From NCBI RefSeq assembly GCF_037042905.1, contig NC_087251.1, positions 34,412,001 to 34,476,000 of the forward strand: a stretch of 64,000 nucleotides of DNA, in the 5' to 3' direction. The DNA is from Lytechinus pictus. Lineage: Eukaryota. The first letter of the stretch is position 1; each line of letters opens with the position of its first letter. Under the pieces are notes generated by a model. It had not been told where the DNA came from. It saw nothing but the letters and a program-made list of their open reading frames with translations, and made no database searches. Of the stretch, positions 38,901-50,987 are shown one piece after another. Made by a program: the position numbers and the translations under genes.

Positions 38901-39911
38901 ATCATCTGATGATGATGATGATCACTTGATCAGGTTACGTTGCAGTGTGTTTCAAGTATGTTCATCATTTTGCTTATAGAGTGCTTTTACAAGTTGCATT
39001 ATAATGTGGATGGTAGAATTCAGAAAGTTTGAGCTCAGTGGGATATTTACGATAGCAGCATTTCTTATATTTTTAAGAAGGGATTTTAACATTTTGTGTT
39101 TTCTTATTTCAATGTGTGCTCACCCATTGATGCTATGAAATTTACCTCTTGTGTAAATACAACAATTTGCTAGCAAAATCTGATTACATTTTCTTAAATG
39201 ATATGGATTAATTTTACAAAATGTTTTCAAATTAAATTTAGGAGGCTGGGCATCAGAACTTTCCTCTTTCTCTTTAAAAACATCGATCAAGCAGTGTCAG
39301 AATACACTTAGGTGCTTGATCTAGCAATAAATGATAAACGACACCACTTCTCGAACATTCACCGGAAGAAGAACGGGCAAATTAAATTTTGAAAATGTAA
39401 ACTTTGAAAAGGGACAGATATATATGTAAAGTATGCTCACTCATACATGACTTAATGGATCAATTATATATATGTTATTTTAGTTCAGTGCTTTTTTGTG
39501 GGAAATCTGTGTCACTTTTGATCTGGGGTGAATTTAGGGGGAACTCATTTTTGTGTTGGCATAAAGTATCAGAAGAAGAGGATAAAATCAATTCCTATTG
39601 CATACTGATATGCAATTATAGGCCTACATTGCTTAATTAGCACATACGTTTAATCCCAGCAGTCGTTAGTTTGACTAATATGAGACTAAATAGACTGTAA
39701 ATGATAAATGTGAAGCATTAGAATAATGTGAGTGATAATGTGATAATCATGTGAAGCATTAGCGTAATGGATGAAAAAATATTGATTGTCTTGATGCTTT
39801 CATAAATGTACAAGCATATATCAACTTTATTAGCATTTGGGTAAAAACAAATTATTGTTTGTTAACCTAATAGGAGACTGAATATGGTGTTAAGTAGTGA
39901 AGCATCCAAAT

Positions 39912-40415
39912 AAGGGGACAAAAAGCCACTATTCGTCTTGTTGCTTGCTTGAAGTTGCACTCATGTACAAGCGTATACATACATAGATTTGTTCAATATT
40001 AACAGTTGGGTAAAAAATTCCAAGCAGTAGTTGGTTAATGAGAACTATATGGATTGTAGATGGCATAAAGTTGTGAAACATCTCAAAAAGCCATTATTCG
40101 TCTTGTTGCTTGCTTGAAGTTGCACTCATGTACAAGCGTATACATACATAGATTTGTTAAATATTAACAGTTGGGTAAAACCAAGCCGTTATTGGTTAAT
40201 GAGAACTGTATGGATTGTAGATGTCATAAAGTTGTGAAACATCTGAAGAAGGGGACAAAAAGCCATTATTCGTCTTCTTGCTTTCTTGAAGTTGCACTCA
40301 TGTACAAGCTTATACATAGATTTGTTTAATATTAACAGTTGGGTAAAAACCAAGCCATTGTTGGTTAATGAGAACTGTATGGATTGTAGATGGCATAAAG
40401 TTGTGAAGCATCTGA
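39912..40415 (+). repeat. Tandem triplication, 3 x about 165-170 bp
   Basis: CAAAAAGCCA.TATTCGTCTT..GAAGTTGCACTCATGTACAAGC..GGTTAATGAGAACT..CATAAAGTTGTGAA.CATCT occurs three times. Confidence 0.9.
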
Positions 40416-43400
40416 ATACGAGCACCTGTATCCACACCAAACCAGTCATCCATCTTTTTGCAGGGTGATGAAGAGCTCTTCTCGGTGTGCCATTTTAGAT
40501 CCTAGCCAAGTGTTAAACGTGACAAAGAACACGCAGAGGTGCTGGAAATACATCTCCGCGTCCCTTTGGAGATTATACGTGAGAAAAACTTTAGATCGAT
40601 TCGATGAGGAGCTGATAGAAACGACCGAGTATGCATATCTGAAACATGCATGTCCATTTATTCCTCGATGAAACTCGTACCTAAAATGTGGTTTTCATCC
40701 GATGCAAATGAAAATCTTTGAATTGTGTTACATGCGTGACAGATGTTTAAATTTCGCTGCTGGCAAAATGTTTTTGTGTTCAAATTTCTAGATTTACCAT
40801 TTTACATTGAATCCTGGTGGTGCCACTCCATATATGAACATGTGATTCTTTTTTAGAAATTAAATGATTCTTCCTTTATCATGCTTTGAAGAAAAGTCAT
40901 TCACAGTATGTGTGATGCTTGTTACATGTATGTAAAAAGCCCTTGTTAATATTGATAATAATAGCTAGATATATGTGTTTTTTCAGACGATATAAGGCCC
41001 AACTCTTTACCTTTTATTGAATTAGCTCAAGCTGCTATTTTATCAGCAGTGCTGTGTGCATTCAAGGAATGCTGCTAGATTATTTTCAAGAACTAACATT
41101 TTGTAAAAAAAAAAATTAACAAAACATGTTCGTATCAACACCTCTATATAAATGCATAGATATTCAGATACTTAATGTAGATATGGAAGTATTATACGTC
41201 ATCATCAATGTCTTTTGCCTTACACACCGCAACTAAAAATGAATATACAAATGTCCATTTAACTGTAGTTATGTCAGGCCAGTTGTAATGGATCATTTCT
41301 GTATGGTGTGTGGGATTGAGTATCCCATTTTTATGCCACAAATGCCAAAGTAGGACAAATCCCCAACAAACTAGGGAGCTCAGAGCTTTGAAATGGGAAT
41401 TGATATGTACAAGTTAAGCATCTGCTTGAATAACTAATCCCTCATCCACATGATCAGGATTAATGTCAATTCTACTTTCATTTGCCTCATTATGCCCAAA
41501 ACAGTTTAATCTATCGTGGCAAATTGAAAATATATTGACCATTTCATGATGTGCTCACAGAGGAAATCATTTCATTTGGAGGCAATGAGAGCTTGAGTTG
41601 GTATCGCTCGATGCTGATTATGTCAACAAAACTTGAAAGGGTGGTTTATAGCGCCAGGGAATATTCCAGTGGATTTGTCTTTGAACCAGCCGAATGGAAA
41701 AGAGAGTTGCATTAATAGGAATAATATTTATGATGAAGAGATTGCCCATTAGTCTAATGAAGCATGCTACTGAATGCAGACATTAGCTTCAATCCTGAAA
41801 AATAAATTCTATCTGGGATAAATAAAACTGGAGATGGCTTGCATGTGAGAGAGGCCACATTTAATCGATAGTGGCTAATTAATTCAGGGAAATTTCTCTG
41901 ATTAATTGATGTGACTGCTTTGTTTTTGTCAACACTTTTATGTGAAGAGATTAGATACTGTACCTTTTAAATGTTAGTATCAGTCAGATTGTTTTTGTCA
42001 AATTGAATGTTAAGTGAAATCACTTTTGATTACAGTTTATGAAGGTTATGACCAAGAGTGCTGGCATGGACTTCTTGTTTGGGAGTATGTAGTTGAATCT
42101 CTAACAGATGTTAAGACCCCCCCCCCAAAAAAAAAAAAGAGTAAAAATTAAAAGAAAAAAATACTTGAGCATTGATTTTTCTTTTTCATATTGAGCTGTT
42201 TTGTTATGCAATGACCCAAAGCACTATGAAGATTAGAAAATGAAAATAAATACCCATTCATGAAAAAGATCGGCTTTGAAAAAAAATGAATTGTGAGGTT
42301 TCTATCATAAAGTAGGGCCTATTTATATTTTCATAACCCATATACGTACAACTCATCTCCAAACCAATCTATCAAGATACAGATGCTGTTTTGGAAGTTC
42401 TCCAGTAACATTAACTGTGGTTACAGAAATGATGGTTTCTTAAAATGGTTTTTGAGCATAGTAAATGGTCCATTACCAATCTTGAAAAGGTAATTTGTAC
42501 GTCGATATGCAAATGCCTTTAGGCGAAGAACAAGACTGAAGAAGAAGATGAATTACAGGGTATACACATGTAATTAAGATGATGGGGAAAATATTATGAG
42601 AAATATAAATCAGAACTGAGATAAAGGGAACATGAAGCAAGGTCTTTCTGATCACAACAATCCCTACTAAAGCTGTCAATTTGTCATTAAGTTGGAATGA
42701 ATTGCTCTGGTGCCAGCCTTATCAAGATATTTTATGACAAAAAAGAGAGGCAAGGATGAAAAGATAAGTTTGAAAAAAAAAAGTTAACGGTTACAGTGTA
42801 CTCTGTTGTGTGGATGAGAGATGAATCATGCATTTGTATGTGAAGATAGTGCAAAATACTTTTTTAACATCCACAGTTTTATAAAAATCATTACTTGTGC
42901 GAACGTTATTCCGTAACTAAGATTCCGTATCATAAAAAAGTAAAGTTATTGATTGTGTTTCATTTCCTGTTTCAAATTCAATATATATTTTAGGTGAAAT
43001 ATTTAGGATGAAGTTCTTTTTACGTGTAATTCAGTATTTAAAAATAATTTATCAACCATAGACATAACAAATAAACCAAACACTGTTGATACATCAATTT
43101 CGAGTGATTTTTTTAAATGTGAAATCAGTGGAAACCTACTTAAGGTTTTTTTTATTGTGTAAATGACTGCCTGAATGATATTCTATAGTTCTGAATTTGC
43201 ATATTAATATATCTGCTTTTCCCCTTTAAATGTTGTTTGGTCTGTAGGATAATGTGCAGAGGATCTCTTTGTGTGTGAACATACTGGCTTAATTAAGGCT
43301 TCACATTAATTGAGTATTTTGAGCTAAGTAGGAGAGCTCATGGAGGTTGCTATAAATGTCAATGTAATTTAATGTTTCATAGGTATGGCCATTATTGGCG

Positions 43401-44239
43401 ATGAATTGCTGTATTATGGTTAATATTCCGTACCAAGGCTATTATTTACAATGTCTAGACTGATTGATATTAAACGAGGTTTTATCATAAGGGTATCTTT
43501 TTTCATCCAGTTTTTGGTGAAGATAGGGCTGATGAACGAATGATGATTTAGGCACAAAAATGATTAATATTCTTTTAGACTTTATGGGCCTAATGATATC
43601 CTTGTCTGCTGCTAATTTCCCATGAGAATGAGATGAGAATTCATTTATACTGTATTGTGCTTCAGAAAATTATGATGAAAAGAGTTTCATTCTTCGACCT
43701 AGTCATTTTCTGAATGGGTCCTTCTGCTTTCTTGCCAAGTATTTGGCATATTAGAATGGAGAGAGGTAAAAGCTTGCATGATGCATGTCTGCAGGGCCTA
43801 CTGGAAGATTTTGTTTTTCTACCTTCAGTAAATACAATGTAAGATTTATCATTAATATTATGCATAATAATTGAAAATGTTTATTCTCCTGCATGTGATA
43901 AAGAATTCTTGGTTAAAATCTCATTTTCAAAATGTTAGAAATTCCAGTGTGTTTATGACTAATTGGCTACCGGTATTTAAAAAAATCAAACAGCCTGCAC
44001 AGCCCACCATGTATGTTGCATGCAGTTTTCATACATGTAATTCAATAGTTAGATTCATATGGGAAAATTCCCTCACTATAATGTGCCCTATAGGTAGCAA
44101 ACACTTTAGAAAATATAAGAATCTTCCATTCATGCACATATTCATGGAAGAGATCATTATTCTTAACTTTTCAATTTATATGCTTGCAAATGTCACCTCT
44201 CTAGCAAAATCTATTTGAATTTCTTTGAATCTAATGTTA

Positions 44240-44600
44240 TATTTGTTAGTTATATGAATGAATAATTGATGAAATATTTATACCTATGATTAAGAGATTG
44301 AATCAGTAAATATATGTGAATAAAAGGAGTCACGCTATTTTGGGAATATCACATTTCTGGCAAAATTTATTTGCATTTTGTTAGTTATATAAATAAGATT
44401 TTAAAAAGGTTGATTCAGAAATTGTATGTGAATAAGAGGAGTCACACTACTTAGGGAATATCATGTTTCTGACAGAATTACTTTGAATGAATTTGAATTA
44501 CCTATTATATTTGTAAGTTATATCATTGATTAAATATATAAGGTTTATTCAGTATTTGTACGTATTTACATGAATGTGACGTAGAGGAGTCACACTCTAT
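44240..44600 (+). repeat. Degenerate tandem repeat (about 3 units containing GGAGTCAC)
   Basis: TGTGAATAA.AGGAGTCAC.CTA.TT.GGGAATATCA near 44316 and 44428, with a partial third unit near 44586. Confidence 0.55.
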
Positions 44601-45826
44601 AATGTATGTCTATTTTAACCTGAACTTGTAAGTTGTAACTCTGCTGAGGAAATGTTTTGATGATCGAGTTCTCAACTTTTTTCCTGCTTTTACCCTGGCC
44701 GGGATAACTATCCAGATGCTGCCAACAGCCGAGTAAACACAGTCATCTATCCGACGGACGTTAAATCAATTTTCATCTGAAAAAAATTGTGCAATTAAAT
44801 CTTGCGAGAGGGATGTGGATAGTGAATTAGCATTCAGTTGGACCCTGCTCATTGAAACAGTGAGTCCTCTTGAATCCCAAGTGTTTGTGTCTTGCTCTGC
44901 AAGCTGGCCATCGAGGGCGATGACATTCATGAAATGGGGACCAAATTGACATGTTGCACATTTTAGTGATTATGTTCACGTCTTATTGTATGGCGATGGA
45001 ATCCACCATGGGCGATGCAAGCTCTTCGTTGGCGTCAAATAGCCTGACCATTGATAACGGGAAGAAATGACTCTAGAATTAATCCTATTAAAGAGCAATC
45101 AGATTTCAATCTTTCATCGCGATGCCTACACCATTATGCATACAGGGTTTAAATTGAAATTAGCAAATATTGTGGGAAATATATTGCATCCTTGACCTGG
45201 TCCCTTTCCTGTTCTGTTTTTTTTTCTCTCTAAGTATTCAATGGAACCTTCTTCATTCATTTTTTATTAGATGCAACATATGAAAATGCAAATCACCTTC
45301 TTCTACACGTACATAATGAGCATAATCTTGTGTCATAGTACGCTTGATGTCTGTTGATTGTCAATTTTCAATTTATGAGAATTTTATATGGAAATATTTT
45401 CAATTCATGATATAGTCTTGATATATTAAGCTCATTGTGAATTGAGAATCATAAATGAACATGCTAGCAGACATTAACTTAATAGACAAGTAAATGGAAG
45501 ACAATTATTGGTATACTGTATGGATATAAGACAGCAATGTGTTATCATCTCGAGAATATATACATTGTCTCACACCGAAAAAGACTCATTAGAGATTGGG
45601 AAGCGTGTGAAAGAGAGATTGAGTTTCGTTGAAGGGTGTGTATGTGAGGGGATGGGGGAGAAAAAGAGAAGAAGGAATAAAGAAAAGAGAGAAAATAAAG
45701 ATACAGAGGGAGAGAGAGAGGGAAAGAGAAGGAGAGAGAGAGTGATAGAGAGTGGATGGATAGCAGGAAGGAATAGGGGATGGGGTAAAGGGAAAGAGGG
45801 GAGAACAAGATGGAAAAAGAGAAATA

Positions 45827-46254
45827 AAGACCGTTCTTTCTACCTTCCTAAAACTAGTTTAACGTGTAGTGAGAACGGTCGAAGCGATCTTCCAAACCGG
45901 TTCAGAAAACCACCTCGTGATGTACCGGTAGTTTTCAAGATCCATTTGCCTCGTTAAACTGGTTGTAGCGTAAGTGAGGACACAACCGTTCTTTGGGAAG
46001 CTATCTTCGCACATATTTAGCGCGCTACTCCACACGACATGTGTAGAATGCCTATGCTGCAGTTTCAAATTTTGCGCGAAACGTGTCACACTGCTGAAAA
46101 CGTTTCCATAGCAACAAGATTGCTTTACATGAAACGACTTTGAAAACCACTTTCATGTGATCAAGTGGGAACGCTAGCAAAGCGATCTTCCAAACTGGTT
46201 TCCTGAATCAGTTTCCAGTAAACTAGTTTTAGAAAGTGTAATGAGAATGGTCTC
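45827..46254. mobile_element. Harbinger-like MITE, sister of 28365-29017 lacking the nested insertion
   Basis: Near-colinear with the 28-kb copy (CCTAAAACTAGTTTA..GCGATCTTCCAAACC..AAGTGAGGACACAACCGTTCTT..CCAGTAAACTAGTT..TAATGAGAA). Inserted in a GA-rich tract. Confidence 0.8.
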
Positions 46255-46699
46255 ATAGAGAGAAAGAGATAGGGAGGGAAAGAAGGGGGAGAGAAAGAGA
46301 CAGAGAAAGAGAAAATAAGCAGAGAGAGAGCTGGAGATAGAGAAGTTGAGCTGAAGAGAGGAGAAATGGAGATAACTCAGGAGTGCTATTTCCTACTTAT
46401 CTTTCCCTTCAGGTCACAATACTTGAATGGCATTATTTGCACAGGTTCTAGAACTAAATGTGTTCTCCTGATTGTTGTAAAACGAGTTGAACCAGATACA
46501 TCCAACCCTGAAGCAGCGGCACAAACTTGCAAATTTACCCCCGCCAGACGCAAGATTTAAATGTTAGATGCTTCTTACCAGAAGGGTTAGTGATCCTGAT
46601 CTTGTGAAATATAGGAGATGCACTTTGGGCATGATGAAGATTTAGCAAGTAGAATTTAGAGCTTTTCTTTGCAGCAGTTTGTGTGCCATGAGGTCAGCC

Positions 46700-46867
46700 C
46701 ATTGGCGGATCCAAAGGGGGGGGGGGGGGGCGGCAAAGCCGGCCCGTTCCCCCCCCCCCCTTTTGAGAGGCACAATAAGAATTTGAAATGCTGTTTTTTT
46801 TTGCTTGTCAAATTTGCATCGGTAAAATGTGCCACCCCCCTTTTGGAAAATCCTGGATCTGCCCCTG
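46700..46867. mobile_element. G/C-tract MITE (GGCGGATCC ends)
   Basis: Inverted ends CATTGGCGGATCCA and TGGATCTGCCCCTG with poly-G/poly-C tracts. Confidence 0.6.
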
Positions 46868-48312
46868 GGTCAGCCAATTTTATTTTGCAAATTGTAAAAT
46901 CTGAAGAAAAAAATAGATTTAGATCTAGAATCTAGATATTACATTAGGTACACATCTTTGATTCACAGATATAGATATTTATTCTTCAAGGACATCACAT
47001 TGAATTAAAAAGGGATTGAGCAACTTTATGGAAATTTGCAAAAGTTTGAGATGTTTTTCCCTACTTAATGTCAGTGCAGTGCATGTTTCGAGAGAAAACT
47101 CTGAACTTTTTTTTATGGGGGGGGGGGAATGTTACCAAAACTAAAGAAGGCTTATTGTCAATCATAGACAAATTAATTTGCAGATATTTAACAAAATGAT
47201 ATGATTATATGAATAGGATCTTCATATGTTGGCAAAAAGTTAAAACATTAAAACACAGATATTCATTGGATATGATAATATCTTTTTAAGTTTGCAGTGC
47301 ATCAAATGTTGCAAAACCGATATCATATAAGGAAGTTCTGATGTAATTCCAGGGAGGAGATAGTTTAAAGAGAATATTTATACGCCTGTGTTGCCTGCAT
47401 TTTATCTTATTACAAAGGGTAAGGATGCAGTGTCCAGACGAAACATGAATTATTCATATTTTCACTTGAATGACCAATCTGTCATGTTTCTGATTCTTTC
47501 CTGTTCGTCAGGAGGCTTAATATTTCTTTAAGTTTGCAGTCTCATCCAAGGAGGTACAAATGAAAGTGGGGTCCAGAGGAGGGGGGATCCTTTCTTATGT
47601 ATTGAGACAAAAGAGAGTCGTTACTAGAGGCGAAATTTGTCTTTAATTCCTCATTTCTGTCAGGACGTGGCGACACTCCGTAAGCGACAAATAAAAGATA
47701 GCCATGTTCGCGGATGATCCGTCAAAGTGGAGGGAGAGAAGGGAATGGAATGAGAGACGTCATGTGGCGTTTGAATAACGGGTTGTAGATTTCTTTTAGC
47801 CCCAAGGCCCTTTTGATTCATGAAATATGGATTTAAGAAATGGATGATAGATATGGAAAAGAACATTATGAGAATCTCCTTGATTTTTTACCCAGTTTTC
47901 CGTCATATACGAAGGTATTCTAATTTTACAAAAAGCTATTCATCTTTGATGAATCTAACATATTGCTGATCCTTTGAAATAAGACGTATCATTGATTGTT
48001 TGACCCATATGGATTTACCTAGACCGCAACCAGTCAACCATTAGTAAAAGGTCTGAGAGGTTATGCCCTACTTTTCTAATACATTGAATTCACAAGGGTA
48101 AACAGAAAAATTGATCACAGGAATAAAATATGAATCAGCTAACCTGTTTCAAATCTGTGATGTGAAGGAAAAAGCTATGAATCTTTATTAACCTATTTTA
48201 CATTGCTCTATTTGAGTATAATTCATATGTTTACTGTGTCGTATAGACCCTACAAGGCTAAAGCCAGGGTAATGGTATTGGAACACTGAGAAACATTGTA
48301 TTAAGCAGTTTA

Positions 48313-48771
48313 GGGGGCTATTCCACGGTTACTCATGTTACATTTGGAGACACCTTGACTCATACTTGGAGCTGTAACTCCATTATTATTGATAGGAACT
48401 AAACATCTCTTTATCACAACATAGTACGCAGTCTGACTATCCTTTGTATAAAAACAAAACTTGGGAAATTTCATTATGCTCCTGGCAAATCTTTGAAATG
48501 TGTTGGTTACTCATGTTACATGATTTGGACATGCATAAAATGAAAAGTGGACATAAGTGAAAAGTGTCCTCATGCAAGGCTTTTATGAAAGTTGATTATA
48601 TCCATTTCAAAGAAGTATATTAGGGAGACAAATTTGTATATAATTAAAAAAATAAAGAACACATGGTTTTTTCTAGGGGTGCAGATAAAGTGGTTACTCA
48701 TGTTACGGTTCAGATGGGCTATATGTACAAAGACACATTGAGCTCATGTCCACCAACCTATGGAATTGCCC
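48313..48771. mobile_element. TIR element with TTA flanks and internal GGTTACTCATGTTAC repeats
   Basis: TTA|GGGGGCTATTCCACGG...CCTATGGAATTGCCC|TTA. GGTTACTCATGTTAC occurs three times (about 48327, 48506, 48692). Confidence 0.6.
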
Positions 48772-48820
48772 TTAGGAATATTGTATGTAAGTATCATTAT
48801 CATTATATAAGTATAGTATA

Positions 48821-49128
48821 GGCCCGTATTCAGGTTTAACTTACATGTACACTACGGTCTAACTCTGTGCTGAAATTATGGGGAGCCCAAAACTAAAAAA
48901 TTCTGTTTGCATTGTATATTTAATATGTTTACTGTTTTGTTTCCATTTACTTTCATAATGAAGAAAACTACTTCAGTTATCATTCCCAGCATTTACGAAT
49001 GATTTGAGTGTCATGTTAGTTAATAAATTGAACGTGTACTAATAGAGATTTGTGGCCCAATCAGCTATCCATAGTTAAACCACAACACAACCAGGGTTTA
49101 ATTTAAACCTGAGTTCAGAATAGTGGCC
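48821..49128. mobile_element. MITE (GGCC termini); decayed relatives near 24335-24640 and 61490-61750
   Basis: GGCCCGTATTCAGGTTTAAC...TAAACCTGAGTTCAGAATAGTGGCC. The shared internal GCTATCCATAGTTAA-like motif appears in the other copies. Confidence 0.55.
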
Positions 49129-49795
49129 ATAGAGAGTTTAGTAACTTATGGTGACTGATGGATCAAGTGCTGGATAATAATTGGCACACCATAAGAAATG
49201 AAAAGCAGTCTGATATATAGCAGGCAACTGAATACTGTATTGTACACTCAAAGGAAGTCACCAGCATCTATTCAATAAAGTCACCGTCATTTCACAAGGG
49301 AATGCGAAAGACCTATTCAAATACAGACGTCTTATTGATTCATGCATAAATGGTGTATCATATGTTGCAATGCATCGTGGGTGATTCTCCCGTACGAGGT
49401 ATGATCTAATCGATTGGCGTTACCTTATCCTGTCATGGCACTGTCAGAGAATTCGCTTAGACAAATTAGTTTGGAGTCATCGGTGTAATTTGAGTTCACA
49501 TGCGTTCTCCCTTGAATCCGTCTGCTTTTTCTCTGCGATCCTCCTTAATACTAAATGATACTTTCTTCAAGAGCAAAATTATATTTTGGTCTGAAGGTGA
49601 ACACGAGACACACAAAGTCAGACGATCCTCATGGACCCCATGGAAGAACAGTATAGTCATGTCGACTAAACTGAATATGGGCTATTCATCCGTTTTGCAT
49701 TTTTTTGTGTTTTTTAGATACACGGGAAAAAGACTATACTATATTATACTATGATAGAATGGAGAGTATATGAACATAAGGGTGACCCAAGTTGA

Positions 49796-50080
49796 AGAGC
49801 TATGGTGTTATGGTTCTGACTCTTACCTTGTGTGTTCAAAACCCAATGTGGCTTTACTGTCCTTTGGCAAGGTGGGAATCTACAATTTGCCACTCTCCAC
49901 CCAGGTGCTAAATTGGTACTGGTAGGATGTTAAAGTCATTGTATTGTCCAGTAATGAGTGTGACTCATTGGCGACTAGCTGGAATACTCCCCAGGGAGTG
50001 GAGGATGTGCATACATTGTGTGTGAAAATGACAGATTGAATCTGATGTGTACAATGTATGTATTGAACAGCGCATTATAA
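49796..50080 (+). mobile_element. tRNA-derived SINE (degenerate)
   Basis: TGGTGTTATGGTTCTGACTC head, TGTCCTTTGGCAAGG, CCACTCTCCACCCAGGTGCTAAATTGGTAC core. Confidence 0.6.
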
Positions 50081-50590
50081 ATAATAAGATAAAGTCCATG
50101 ACACATGTTGTTCATTTTGAGAAAATTAAGAAAAGTGGAACAATTTTTGTGTTTGCCCAGTTAGGATTTAGTCAGTGTTTTATTTCAGTTTGGGCATTTC
50201 TTGGTGGAATTTTCGGAAATAAATTATATTTATAAAGACGGGCTTCTGTATAAGCATCAATTTCCTATTACAGGTGTATTTAGCGAAGAGATGGAGTGGG
50301 GTCATTCTTGTATTCATAATGCAATTATGATATGGACTAAAATAATGGTCTATATCAATCAAGAGGGCGGAAATACCTTGTTCACTTACATTATCGCTTT
50401 TGTATTACACATGATATTTCAGCATTAACGATTCTTTCTGAAAATGTTTGAGATGAGATTAGATAAGATAAAACAATGGTGAGAGTATTGAAAAAGCAAG
50501 ATTGTAGGTCTGATAGTAATTTAGGGCCTTTTCACACATAAATCTTGAATCATCATTGTATTGATAACTGCAATTTGTCTTTAGAATCAT

Positions 50591-50987
50591 CGGACCTTTC
50601 ACACGCTCACTCGAAAACTGTGATTTGAATTCGAATTCCCGAGCAAAGGTGGTATGTGTCCTTGGTGACTTGTCGATCAAAGCACTGCATCGATATGACG
50701 AGTGCTGGACAATTGTATTATCTACGGAAGTGCTTGAAAGGACATGTAAGCTCCGCCCCCCAAAAAGATGTTTTGGAGGTCAAGCCTTTCACACGTAAAA
50801 TTTGTACTATGATTTTAGTGAAATTTACTGGAATTCTCCGGAGGAGTAGAATTTGAATTTGTGATTGTGATTAGCATTTGTAATTCTAGTTTGGTTTCAC
50901 ACGTGCTGAAAATTTGTCATTAGCCTTCTTTTTCACTGGAATCATTATTCAAATTACAATTTTTTTTTTACCGTGTGAAAGGGCGGT
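50591..50987. mobile_element. MITE with CCTTTCACAC..GTGTGAAAGG ends
   Basis: Inverted ends CCTTTCACACG and CGTGTGAAAGG, with internal TTTCACACG repeats. Confidence 0.5.

Noticed and set aside
39912..40415. Regularly spaced repeats as a CRISPR-like array
   Set aside because: They are whole-unit tandem duplications without unique spacers, in a eukaryotic context with no cas genes.
45508..45957. 149-aa basic ORF
   Set aside because: It is a GA-rich tract running into a MITE.
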